From the NCBI GenBank assembly GCA_001643675.2, contig LSRY02000015.1, positions 124,001 to 188,000 on the forward strand: 64,000 bases of DNA. Direction: 5' to 3'. Both the position numbers and the translations under genes were made by a program. Shown in pieces: positions 32,901 to 45,295 of the stretch (position 1 is the stretch's first letter; each line of letters starts with the position of its first letter). The notes beneath the pieces were generated by a model. It had not been told where the DNA came from, searched no databases, and worked only from the letters and a program-made list of their open reading frames with translations. The DNA is from Monocercomonoides exilis PA203 (Eukaryota; Protista; Preaxostyla).

Positions 32901-35044
32901 AGCAGATGAATGCAATGTGCCTAACAGCTCCTTCGCCCTCCACTTCCATTTCTCATGAGATGCCCATTCACCTCATTCTGCACAGTTAGCTTTGCCAACA
33001 CAAGGAAGCCGTACAAAGTGCCAAAGCGAAGAGGGATGTGCAGCTGCAGAAGAGGAAAGTACTTCAGATGTACATCATACAATTCAACTGCACGCATTGA
33101 AAGCCATGATATTGCTGTATGTAGTGGGAAACAAAAAGATATGATTTTTGGTGGGCTTAATAAAGCTGCTGATTGAACAGCTCATATTCATTCGAAGGAA
33201 GATGGAACGATCCAATGTCAACTGAGTGAAAATGACATTGAAAAAGTTTGAGAAGGAGCTGAAGAATAAGATAACCGCAAAGTTGAAGATTGAACAGTTG
33301 GTGGGAAAGGACAAGACGAAGGAGAAGTTGAGGAATTTGAAGAAGAAGGTGAAGAAGAAGGTGAAAATAAAGGTGAAGATGAAAAAAATGATGAAAAAGA
33401 ATATTAATGGCGATTGACGGATCCACAAAAATTCAATAAAAATTCTTTTTGAGGAAGAGGTGAGAGGTTCCACTTGATGTTGTCTACAGAATAAAACATC
33501 ACATTTTCCAAGTTAACTTTGCAACGAGACAATAATTAAAATTGCAAATATTTGTCTGATGAACTGTCATTGATCAATAGAGCTTCATTTCTTCAAAGTC
33601 ATTTGCCTTTTTTCTGTGACTTTCTCCTTTCTCTTCAAAAAATAGAAAATGTTAATATCTCTCGATTTCCTTTCTTTTCCATTTCCATCTTCAAAAAATC
33701 TTCTCTTCCTCTTTTCCCCTCTCAAAAAATACCCTTCTTCCGATCTTGCATTTCTCAATTTCCTTCTTCTCACCAACTTTTACCCTCTTTTCCTTCTCTT
33801 CCAAAAAAATATTCTCCCATCAACAAAAAGCTCCACTTCATCATCTTTAGCAACTTCTCAACATATTTACTATATTATCTTCTCCAAATCTCCGCCTGTT
33901 CCTTCCCCATCCATCTGTCTCAGAATTTCTTCCATTCAAAAATCTCTCTCGAAATATTAACATTCAAAAGAACACTCAACTCTCACCCCCTGCAACAAAT
34001 AATCCTCTTCCATCTCTTCTCTGCCCCATATATCTCCTGTGCCTGGTGTTGATGAGATAGACATCAAATACTTCTTTTGGTGTTTGAGAATATTATTAAA
34101 GGAGAAGATCATAACAAAAACAGAAAAAACATCTCTGGACAGGCATCACAATGTGTACGGGCTGAGATGACCCTCCAGTGAAATATATGAATTATTTTGT
34201 GGAGAAGGCTGGAATGTTGCGTTTAAACCACTCAGAAGCTGATGCGTTGAAGACAATATTTAAAATGATGATAAATGTGGAGATGAGACTGTTGAAAAAA
34301 TACAGATGTTGAGCAGTTTGATATATATTTATTTTTCTTTATATGAATATTTGCCTGTTGAATGTTTTTGTTTCATTTTCAGGGCAGCCAGAGGAAATGA
34401 ATGAAAATGAATAAAAGCGGGATATCTCGAAATGCAGGATAACGGTGGAGTTTGGAGAGAGAATTCATATGGAAAGTGTGCTTGATGAAGGGATTGGGAA
34501 TGAAAATGCAGATAGTTATTTCTAACGAAGCTGATTGGATTTGAAAAAAAAACAAAAGCCTCATTATTTTTTTGATGCACAAAAGAAAATGCATTTGAGG
34601 GACATTAGACAACTGAAAAGGATGGTTGACGAACCGGTTGCAAAAACTGTTGAAATTTTATTGTTTTGACAAACATGTTTTGATAATCAAAATCAATTTA
34701 AAATTTCTTTTCAAAGACTCGCTTAACATATAATTATGTTAATTTTTTTGGATGATAATATTGTGGAAAATATTGTTTTTATGTTTTATTGAAGATTGAA
34801 AGGATGTTTTGCTTTTTTTATTGAAGAAACGTAATTTTTTCGATAAGTTTATTCTATTTTTTCAAAATTTGAAATAAAACTATATTACAACAAAAAATGT
34901 CTATTAATAAATCATAAAAACTTCAAATAAAACAACATTATCGTATAATTTCAACAAAAAAATATTATTATCACACCCACCCTTCATGAAATTATTTTTT
35001 GATCAAACGTCGGAATTTTTTATGATATAAAAAAAAATCACCCA
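29943..35044. mobile_element. Non-autonomous TA-flanked TIR element, copy A (~5.1 kb), with decayed gene-like cargo
   Basis: TA|TGGGTGATTTTTTTTGATATCATAAAAAA ... TTTTTTATGATATAAAAAAAAATCACCCA|TA (28/29 match). Interior homologous to copy B. Confidence 0.85.
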
Positions 35045-35421
35045 TATTTCTTTTTGAATAAAAAAATATTTATGAAATTGATCAAATTTTTTTTGGGTGT
35101 TTTGTTGTTTTTTCAAACAAATACAAATTCAGTCAAACTTCTTTTTGAATGAATAAGATGATAAACTTTTATGTACATATGTTAATCACACAAAAGATGG
35201 TTGTTTTCGGTTCCAACAACTGTATTTTCTGTTTCTTTTTTGATATATAAAAAGTTGTTAATTAAGTCATTTACAGTTTGTTAATCTTCATTTAAAATGT
35301 TTTATTTTGAACGCCAATCAGTTTTCTTTTTAGTTTGAGATTGCTTTGTGCAAACAAAGAACAACAGATAAATGAGAAAAAGAAGTGACTACTTAGGAAT
35401 AAAATGAAATGAAAACATATA

Positions 35422-38400
35422 TAGGTGATTTTTTTTGTTATCATAAAAAAAGATCAAAAATCGAAAAATAAAATCTATTGAGGTATTTTTTGATCAAAGA
35501 GTCAAATTGATTTTAAGAAAGTATTTAGCTTTTATTTCTGTCACATATATTTGTTTTATTTGTATATACAAATTATACATACCTTTTTAATGTTTTTGAT
35601 GAAAAAGGATTTTAATGATCAAGTTTTAAAAAAAAATGTGAAAAATGAAAAATAAAACTGCAAAAGGAAAATGTCAAGTTTCTCAACTTACTAAACTATC
35701 CTAATAAATAAAAAATACTTTGAAAACCACAATTGAAATAGTTTGCTATAAGTTTGTTTCAATTAAAAATTATTTTTCTTCAAACTTTTGAAACCAATTT
35801 GTTTTCTTGACTTTATCTATTTCTTCGACGGAAATATCATTACAATATATCAGTCCTTTCTTTTCGATTCAGTTTCTTCATCAAACGTTGAATGAAATAC
35901 TATGAAATCGATAATCAATGAATAAAACTTATTCGAACTAGTCTTTTTTCTCTTTATTCTTCTCATCACTTGTCCGTCCCGCTTCCTTTTCCATTCTTTC
36001 CTCATCTTCCTTCCATTTCCACTCTGCCTAATCAAAATTCTCCCTTAGAAAATACCTGTGAAGTTGTTTGCTTCCTCTCCAGCACTTTCCGTGTCATTAT
36101 TCTCGTTGTGTTCCTCGATGACTCCAATTGCTTGTTAATCTCCTCTTGAAACAAATTTGCCTTCACACTCAGTTCATTGGCAGCTGTGTGAGCGATGATG
36201 TGAGCAAAGGAGGGGAAGAAGAAGAGGTTGATCCATAATTCGAGGAGGAGGAGGAGGAGGAAGAAGATGAAGAAGAAAAATAAAAAGAAGAAGATGAATA
36301 AGAAAAAGAAATTAAAATAAAAATAAAAATAAAAAAATGAAGAAGAATGGAAAAAGAAGAAGAAAATGACGACGATGACGATGACAAAGACGAAGGATGA
36401 AGTGATTGATTAGAATGTTTGTCTCTCACAGTACAATTTTCTTTCTTTTCTCTTTCTCTTTCTTCAATTCTTCCTTCTTCTCTTCCTTCTTCTCTTCCCC
36501 CTCTCTCTCCCTTCCAATGCGTTCTCCACCACCTATTTTATCCTCCTTTATTTCTCTTCACTCAAAAAATGCCTCTCGCAAAACGGTTTCAAATCCTCTT
36601 CCAAACAGTCCCCTTCAAAAACACGAAAAGAAGCTGGACAGCTCGGAAGCGAAACGCTCACTTTAAAGAGAAGTTCTGCTTTTGCTTCTTCTTCTTCTTC
36701 TTTTTCTTCCTCTTCCTCTTCCTCTTCCTCTTCCTCTTCCTCTTCCTCTTCCTCTTCCTCTTCCTCTTCCTCTTCCTCTTCTTCATCATCATCTTCCTCC
36801 TCCTCTTCATCTGATCGTCTCAAATCCAATATCTTTTCCTTTCACCATCGCTCTTTTCAAAGAGAAGAAACATATCTTCTTCCTTCTCCAGACAAGCAGA
36901 ATTTCAATTTATCTTCAAACAGAATGAATGATGATGCAAACAAACAGAAGAAACATGGAGAATATCAAGGAATTTCAGGAATTTCATCTTCCTCATTTTC
37001 TCTCTTTCTTCTCTTTCTTCTTCTTCTTCTTCATATTCTCCTTCTTCCTCTTCCTCTTCCTCTTCCTCTTCCTCTTCTTCTTCTTCTTCTCCTTCTCCTT
37101 CTCCTTCTCCTTCTCCTTCTTCTTCGTCATCTTCGTCATCTTCTTCTTCTTCTTCTTCTTCTTCTTCTTCTTCTTCTAATCCTTCTTCTTCTTCTTCTTC
37201 TTCTTCTTCTTCTTCTTCTTCTTCTTCTTCTTCTCCTCCTCCTCCTCCTCCTCCTCCTCCTTCTTCTTCTTCTACTTCTTCTTCTTCTTCATCTTCATCT
37301 TCATCTACCATCAGATCCATCTCTTCAATCAGCTCCATTCACAACAAGTCCAATGAAGAAATCAACTTCTTTTTGTTTTGGAAGAAGAGAATGACAAAAG
37401 ATGGAATGCCTTATTTGTTCCCAGAAGATTGGAAAAGATTGGTTGATGGTGTGTTGGCTTGGAAGATAAAGTTTTAATGTTTTCTTTTTTCTATTTTTTC
37501 TTTATTTCTTTATTTCTTTATTTCTTTTTTTCTTTATTTCTTTTTCTTCTCTCTAACAATCCTGTCTGTCTCTTTGTAAATAACTGGATGAAATGTCAAT
37601 TCTTTCTCGTTTTCCTTCGTCTTTTTCGTTTCTTCTGCTGCTAAACATTTCGCTTGCGTGTTTGTATCGTGAAAATACAACCGGAGAATTAGCGGCGAAG
37701 GAGAAATTTCTTTTTTATTTTGGATTTCCCGCTTCTTTTTTTGCTATTCTTTCCTTTCGTCTTTCTTCTCATCATTTTTATTTTTATTTTTATTTTCTCC
37801 TTTAAAATTCCCCGTTTCGCCTTGTTTTTTCGAATTATTTTTGCCAGCAAAATTATACCCAACATCATCATCTTCTTCTTCTTCTTTTCTCAAAGCCAGC
37901 ATTTTTGCTAATTGCTTCTTCTCTTCGATTTCTTTCAGTCTTCGCTGAGTGAAAAGAGAAGTTAGCTTCAAAAGAGAAAGTTCATCTTGATAGTCTTCAT
38001 CTGTGTTTTCTTCTTATTCTTCCTCTTCCTCTTCCTCTTCCTCTTCCTCTTCCTCTTCTTCTTCCTCTTCCTCTTCCTCTTCCTCTTCCTCCTCCTCCTC
38101 CTCCTCCTCTTCTTCTTATTCTTATTCTTATTCTTCTTCTTCTCCTTCACTATCCATTTTATCATTTCTTCTTCGTCTCATATTCTCTTTCTTTCTGCTA
38201 ATTCTTCCGATTTATCGTTTCTAAACATATTTTTTCTTTCTTCTTCTTTTCTCTTCTTTTTCTCTTTTTCTTTTTCTCTTTTCCCCCACAAAATTGCCAT
38301 TTCGACCATTCTTTTCTGTTTGTCTTCGGTTTAACACTGAAAAACAGCTGGAATTTCATTTGGTTGATTGGAAGAAGAAGAAGAAGAAGAGGAGGAGGAG

Positions 38401-41400
38401 GAAGAAGAATAAGTTCCATATATTCCCAACGACAATGATACATGTGAAGGATGAATACCTGAACGAGGTATCTTGAACAGTTTGGATTGATTTGCCTGTA
38501 TCTAATTGGACGTTGGAAGAGGAGGATTGATTGGCGTCACTTGTGGAAGTGGATGATGATTTTGAGGAATTTCTTCTATGTTAGCAAATGAATCAGGTGA
38601 AGAAGAAGAGAAAGAAATGATAAATTGATGAAAAAACTAGAATAAAAGAAAAAATAAGAACAAGATTAAGTATTTGAAGCAAAAGAAAACCGTGATGAAG
38701 TGGAAAACGAAGAAGTTGAAGAAAAAAATGATGCGTTTGCAGACGAAAATGCTGAAATAGTGAATGGTGTTTCGATAATTTGCTGCTGAATCTGTTTTTG
38801 ATTTTTGATTTCAGGCAGGAAATCTGAGTAAAGCGTGGTTAGAATCGTTACAGGCTTATTCTTCTCTTTTGTTGTTTTCTTCTGTTCTTTTGCTCCTCTT
38901 TCTTTCTGAGCATTTCTAATGTCTTTGTCAAATCCATCTTCTTCTTCCTCTTCTTCTTCATCTTCTTCCTCTTCATTTTTCTCATTATCTATGCATTTAT
39001 CTGTCAGACACAACGATCCCTTTTCATCTTTATCACTCACAAACTCATTTGTACTCCTCTTCTCATCCTTCTTCTCTCTCTTCCCTTCCTTCCCTTCCTT
39101 CCCCTCCTTCTCTCCACCCACCCGAATCCCCTGGCTAGCCACATACGCTGCATAATTCAGAAGGCTGCTCTGTGGCTCAAACACATCCCTCGTCGCTGAC
39201 AGGCTGCTGCTTACAAACACACATGAATTTCCCAATCTGCTTTTCCCGAGTATCATACAAGGGATGGGCAGCAAGAAGAAGGAAATAGAAGAACAAAGAG
39301 AGGAAAATGCAGAGCTTGGGTTAAGTTATGTCAAGAGATTTCTGTGCGAGAGAAGAGAAGTATGTAGCTGGAGATGAATGAGCGAGTGGCTCTGGAGAAG
39401 TTCCAACAAGAACAGAAGTGGCAGACAATTGTGTGTGTGTCAAGGGAGAAAAAGGATGAGTGGAAATTGTCGATGAAGCTGTGATGTTTTGAGTGTGCAG
39501 CTGGGCAGATGAGAGTGCGCTGTCGAGCGAGTAAAATGTCTGCTGTTGTTCATCATCATTTTTATCGCACCATCCTTCTCTTCCCCTGTCCCTCCTCCTC
39601 CTTTCTGTTGCTTCCTGTGAAACTCTTGTGTCAAAAATGTCAATTTGCAATAAAAAAAACTCGTCTTTCTCGTTCGTCTTCTTCTTCGCTTTTGGCTCTT
39701 CCAGCTTTCTTCCTTTCCTCTGCTCTGCGCTCAATTTGCTTCTGATATCCACCTTCTTTGCTTCTTCCATTTGAACTCGCACTCTCCTTTCTCTTCGCTC
39801 CTTGGAGGTGTCATAAAGCAAGCGGATGAACGCAATGTGCCTTGAAGCTCCTTCCCTCTTCCACCGCCATTTCTCATTCGATGCCTATTCGCCTCATTCA
39901 CCCTGTTCAGCACAGCCGGAGTGTGGAAGCCGTACGAAGTGCTAAAGGAGAGCGGAATGTGCTGCTGCAAAAGAGGAAAGCAGTTTAAATGCACGTCCAG
40001 CAATCCCACAGAAGGCATTGATGATGATGATTCTGTTGAGAGTAGGTAATCCGAACAAAATAATTTTTGGTGTACTTTATCAAGCTGCCGATTGAACAGT
40101 TAACACAAATTTGTATATCGATGACTTAATCCATTGCGAAATGTAAAGAAATATCAAAGATAAAGGAGAAGAAGGTGAAGAAGAGGCGAAGACGAAGTTC
40201 AAGTCGAAAAACGAGAATATATGTGGTGATAGAGAAATGCGAAATCAGTCGAACGATATTTATGATGTCAAGAATAATTTGTATGAAGTCGTTGGTTGGA
40301 CAAAATGTATCATTTGATGCATTAATTTCAGATTTGTTTGAAAACTCAATCATAAAATATGTGGCAAACAGATTGCGGAAATCAATAAAGCTGTTCTTTT
40401 CCAAAGTCAATTCACTTTCATTTTGCGATTTCCTCTCCTTTTCCCTCAAAAATAGAAAATAAAGATATCAATCAATTTATTTTCCTTTCCATTCCCCTCT
40501 TCCATTCAGCACACAAACTTCTCAGAAAATATCAATCCCCTCCTTTTCTTCAGAATTCTCAGTCTCTTCCATAAAATCTTCTCGTTTCAAAAACTGCCCC
40601 TTTTCCAATCTAACATTTCGCAATTTACCTCTTCTTGCACACTTTTGCTCTCTTTTCTGACTTTTCAAAATCCATTTCTCCAATCAATCTCAAATATCTC
40701 CCTCTCCATCCCCAGTCACTTTTCTATATATTTACTGAATATTTTTCTTCAAATCTCCACCTGCTATTTCCCCATCTTTTTGTCTCAGAATTTCTTTCAT
40801 TCAAAAACCTCTCTCGAAATATTAACATTCCATAAAATACTCAACTTTTACCCCCTGCTACAAATAATATTCTTCCATCTCTTCTCTGCCCCATATCCCT
40901 CATGTGCCTGGTGTTGATGAGATAAACATCAAATACTGTTTTGGGTGGTTGAGAATATTATAAAAGGAGATGATCATGCCAAAAACAGAAAAAACACCTC
41001 CGGACTGCCATCACACTGTTGATGGGCTAAGAAGACCCTCCAGTGAGATATGCAATGTATTTTGTGGAGATGCATTCCATGCTGCAATTTGACCATTCTG
41101 ATTTTGAAACGATGAGATCTATTTTTTGAATGATTATGGCTGTGGAAATGAGTGTGTTTGGCAAAACACAGTCGAAGAGCAGTTTGGTCTTTATTTATTT
41201 TTCTATATATGAATATTAACCTGTTGACTGTTTTTGTGTTTCTTTCAGGGGAGGAGGTGGAAAAGAATGAAAATGAATAAAAGCGGGATGTCGCGTTGTG
41301 CATGGTGGCTATCTAGCTGAACCAGCAAATTCATATGGAAAGTGCCCAGGGTGAAGGGATTGGGAAGGGAATTGGAGATGATATTTTCAGACGAAAAACA

Positions 41401-41934
41401 GAATTATTTTCAATGATGAGAGTGGAATTTGAGCTGAATGCATAAATTTCACATTTTTCAGAAGAGCAAGAAATCGATGCATTTGATGGAGAAACAACTG
41501 ATGGAAAGGATGGACGATGAATCAGAGGATGAAACGCTAGAAAAATGATTGTTTTCATTAGATATTTATCGATTTCAACTTATCTTATTCTATTTCTTTT
41601 ACAATTGCATTATTTAACTAATTTTTGTATATTAAATTTATTTACTTCGTTATCTCAATTATTGTGATCATGTTTTTTTAAACCAGAAAACTTAGGTTTT
41701 GTTCTGTTCATTTAAGTTTCGATTATTTTTTTGGATTAATTTTTTATTTGTTTCAAAATTTGTAATAAAAACAAATTAAAAACAAATTTAAATCAATAAA
41801 TAATTATAATAATAATTAACTAAACTTTATTTTTATGTAATTTCAAATAAAAATTCTCTTATTAATCCCACCCTTAATGAAAAATTATTTGATCAAACGT
41901 CGGAATTTTTTATGATATCAAAAAAAATCACCCA
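35422..41934. mobile_element. Non-autonomous TA-flanked TIR element, copy B (~6.5 kb), with decayed gene-like cargo
   Basis: TA|TAGGTGATTTTTTTTGTTATCATAAAAAA ... TTTTTTATGATATCAAAAAAAATCACCCA|TA. Subterminal regions and ~38680-41520 are homologous to ~31700-34630 of copy A. Confidence 0.85.
36685..38140 (+). repeat. Cluster of pyrimidine-rich microsatellites (TTCCTC)n, (TTC)n, (TTCTCC)n, (CTC)n
   Basis: Direct observation; would read as poly-Glu/Gly on the minus strand. Confidence 0.9.
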
Positions 41935-42052
41935 TATCGATGCCACAAAATGAGCAGTGAAGGAGAATAGTGAAAAAGCAGAAAAGGAAATTTGAAGAAA
42001 AGATAACAACAAGATTTTGAAGAAAAAAATGTTTTTTTTTTGAGTCGTGGAA

Positions 42053-42314
42053 TATTGGTAATAATTTTTGAAATCATAACTTTTTCCGGGGTGTTAGTTA
42101 TTCCAAATATTTATTTCTCAGAAGAGGAATTATTTTTTTGAAGGAAAAAAAACATTATAATTGTTTGAAAAAACGATATTCGAAAACATATTAAAAAAAA
42201 AACAATCTATTGAGTGATTATAACTTTTCATCATCTATTAATCAGTTTTTGAAGTGAATTCTAGGACCGAAATTTTTGATAGAAAAAATATGGATTCAAA
42301 AATAATTACCCATA
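42053..42314. mobile_element. MITE (~260 bp) with ~33-bp TIRs, TA-flanked
   Basis: TATTGGTAATAATTTTTGAAATCATAACTTTTT vs reverse complement of right end TATGGGTAATTATTTTTGAATCCATATTTTTT. Confidence 0.7.
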
Positions 42315-42375
42315 TTTCTAACCTGAGAGTGATCGACTAAACACATTTAGAGAAAATATCCACACAAGATCGCTA

Positions 42376-43066
42376 AATGGGCATTGGATGAAGCTGAAGA
42401 AGAAGAGACAAGAAAACAAACACAAGAACCTTCAATTCTTTCGGCTGACATATCAACAACTGTTATTAAAGGGGAAGGTTTGTGCCCACATTCTCATCCA
42501 TTTCGAACTTTGAAAATACAAAGGCTTGCTCGTCTTCTCATGTAAAACTGATAGTGGACCTGCGTGATTCGCTGCTCATGTTGCTTCTTGGGAGAAATGA
42601 GAAGAACGAGATGGCGATAGGCACTTTGCAGGAGAGAGAACACACAGCTGCTCAGGTGTTGCTCTGGGTGGCGAATGGGGCGCTCCACTCATTTGAGAAT
42701 GAAGAAGACGAGCTGACCTCCCTTGCCAATCTGAGTCCTCACATTGTGCTGTTCTCAGAGCACATGGTCATCTGGATCGCACTTCACTCTGATTGCTCAT
42801 CAGATTCAGATACCTCATCCATCTCCTCCGCCTCCACCATCATCACATCTTCCTCTGATTTCTCATCTGCCAACAGGAATGGTCGAGGTTCACCACCACC
42901 CTCATCAGCCTTTGAAGATGAGGATGATAACAGAAAAGAGTGTATGAGGTGGAAAGCTCCAGAGTTGGTGAGCGGAGCAAAAAAGCACGTGACGAAGAAG
43001 ACTGTTGCATTCTCAATTGGGATGTTGTGGATTAAGTTCTTAATAGAATATATTTTTTGTTTTTAG
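42376..43066 (+). pseudogene. Truncated cytoplasmic pseudokinase fragment of the surface-receptor family
   Basis: KLIVDLRDSL, TAAQVLLWVAN, NLSPHIVLFSEH, RWKAPEL and FSIGML closely match the 16708 protein. No ectodomain or TM, frameshift near 42490, truncated after IGML. Confidence 0.85.
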
Positions 43067-44289
43067 AAAATATTCGTTTGTGAATTATGTTTCTTTCTTT
43101 ATTTCATGACCAACATTTCAACATTCCATGTTTTTCATTTCTTATCATTGTTTCTCTTATTTTCGAAATTGCTCATTTTTATTTTCATATTTTACATATG
43201 TATCATCTATTTTAAAAAATATTTTGAATTAGAATTTTGTGGATCAGCACTGTTTTATTGATTTATTTATGTTTTTTATGCATTTCACCTTATTAATTTG
43301 CGATGTTAGCTCCTGTGATTATTAAAATTTAAATAATCAAAATTTCTGATTCCCGATGAAAAATATGAAATTAACAAAAAAAAACATTCATTAATCATGT
43401 CCATATATCGATAATTCAGTTTTTCAATGCTTCGTTTTCAAATGTTTGATTTTTTGATTAATGCAGGTTTTTTTACCACTCCTCTTCTTCTATTTCATAT
43501 TTCACTCAATCCACACTCTTCGTTCTCACCTCTGTCATCAAAACTTATTCTTCTTCTCCACATTCTTTTCAACTGTGGCTTGCACATCAACTTTCAAAGA
43601 TTTCTCCTCCTCTTCAGTTTTTTCATTTGCATTCTCTCGTCCCTTTTCATTTCTGCCTTATTCTTTGTACATGGATTAAACCACTTCTCTGAAAACAAGC
43701 TTCTATGGTTCTGCAGCAGTGGTTGATGGAAAAATAAGATATCTTTCTCACACTCGTCCAATGTGGTTCACATTCTCTTTTAGAAATTTAAAAATTGCTG
43801 AATCAGATCAACACGAAGATGCATGTGCTTCTCTGGGAAGATAGTTTCATGAGGGTGCACGACAAGATGATTGAATCATGAATTCGCAGGTGACTAGAAC
43901 TGCAAATTTTTAACCGACTTTTCTTCCACTGCTTCAGCTCCTGACATTGTAAAGCTCAAACTTATTGAAGATTTGACTTATTTCCTTTTCAAAAAATTAT
44001 CGTTTTTCCATTAGCACTTACGGTTAGAGATTATATAATAATTGGTTTCGACAAACCAGTTATTGGTGTGAAGTTTTGATGAAGAGCAATCAGTATTTAT
44101 AGTGGTTCTTTTTTTGTCATAAGTGAATTCATTATTCTTCTTGTTGTGTTTAGTCAAATCATCATCTTCCTAACAATTTTCATTCTCATTCTCTTTCTTT
44201 TTTCATCATCCTCTTCTTCATTCTTTCTTCCTCACGAAGTTTTTCATCTTCATTCAGCACAGCTCCCATCACCTGTTATCGCCTCTGCA

Positions 44290-45295
44290 CAATTCTAAGT
44301 CAGCAAATGCGTAATAGATTTGAAGAACTGCATTATTAGACCTGAAACAGCCACTATCTGCTCTGATGCAGCTTTTCACTCAGCCCTCATCATCCGTGCA
44401 ATCGAAGGCTCCGAAATGTGTTCGAACCGAATCGCTCTCTTCCGCTCCTACATCGCCAAGCGAAACTCATCCATCTGTTTGTTCAGCACAATGCATGCAC
44501 ATCCTCGTCCACACCTCTCTGTTCTTCACTAACGTTGCAAGTTATTCTGAATGTCTATCTGAGCATTCATTTCAACAATCAGATCCACTTACGGAATATT
44601 AATACATCGTTCTGCTGCATTAGTGGAAATCAGCTCAGCTATGTTTCTCATCCTGAATGACCTCAGCGTCTGTTCTCTCTGCGCCTGGACAATGTTACTA
44701 AGCAACGGCTGAAAGCGGAAAAACTTCAACTCGGCGCACACACAGCTCGTTGGCCTCAGTCTTCTGGTCGCAGAAGATGATGCATCGCCTGTGGATTTTT
44801 CCATAAACCTTCAAACAGTCTCCTAAAATTCCGCTCCGTTCTGCTCGTGAGGCCTTCATTGCATAGTGCTTCACAAGCGATGGTGTGGCCAACACACCCG
44901 ATTCCGCAAGATCAACCCACACTGAATTGGGCTTCTGACGCAGAAAGTGTCTGCACAGACGGTTGACCCATGGAGGTAACGTGGCTGAGAACAAAAGGAT
45001 CTTTGTTTCAAAATGCTCAGCGGAGAGGTCAACAGAGGAAGAAGTTGAGTTTTGTTGAAGAAGAGGAGTTGGAAGAAAAAAACTTGAAGTGTATTGGAGA
45101 TGGAGATTGAAAGGAAACAGGAGGAGGTAAGCTTTGTGCTAAATCGGACCATCCAAAGAATGTTCTTTCATGTTCACTTTCACCTTTTCTATCTTTTTTG
45201 TCTCCATTTGAAGCTTCCTGAAATGATACAAGATCAAATAACATGATCTTCTCAACATCTGGCATGAACGCAAAGTCCAACATCCTGTTAATCTT
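44290..45295 (-). pseudogene. DEAD-box RNA helicase (DDX21/DDX50/RH7-like) fragment
   Basis: RMLDFAFMPDVEKI (post-DEAD), FSATLPPWV (motif III), CIIFCDQKTEANEL (motif IV), degenerate RTERCGRG (motif VI) followed by IRFEHISEP. In-frame stops; motif I and the DEAD box not found. Confidence 0.8.

Noticed and set aside
36406-38476. Many poly-L/F/E/K/S ORFs on both strands
   Set aside because: Stop-free simple repeats produce ORFs in all frames; at most remnants of the cargo's acidic tracts.
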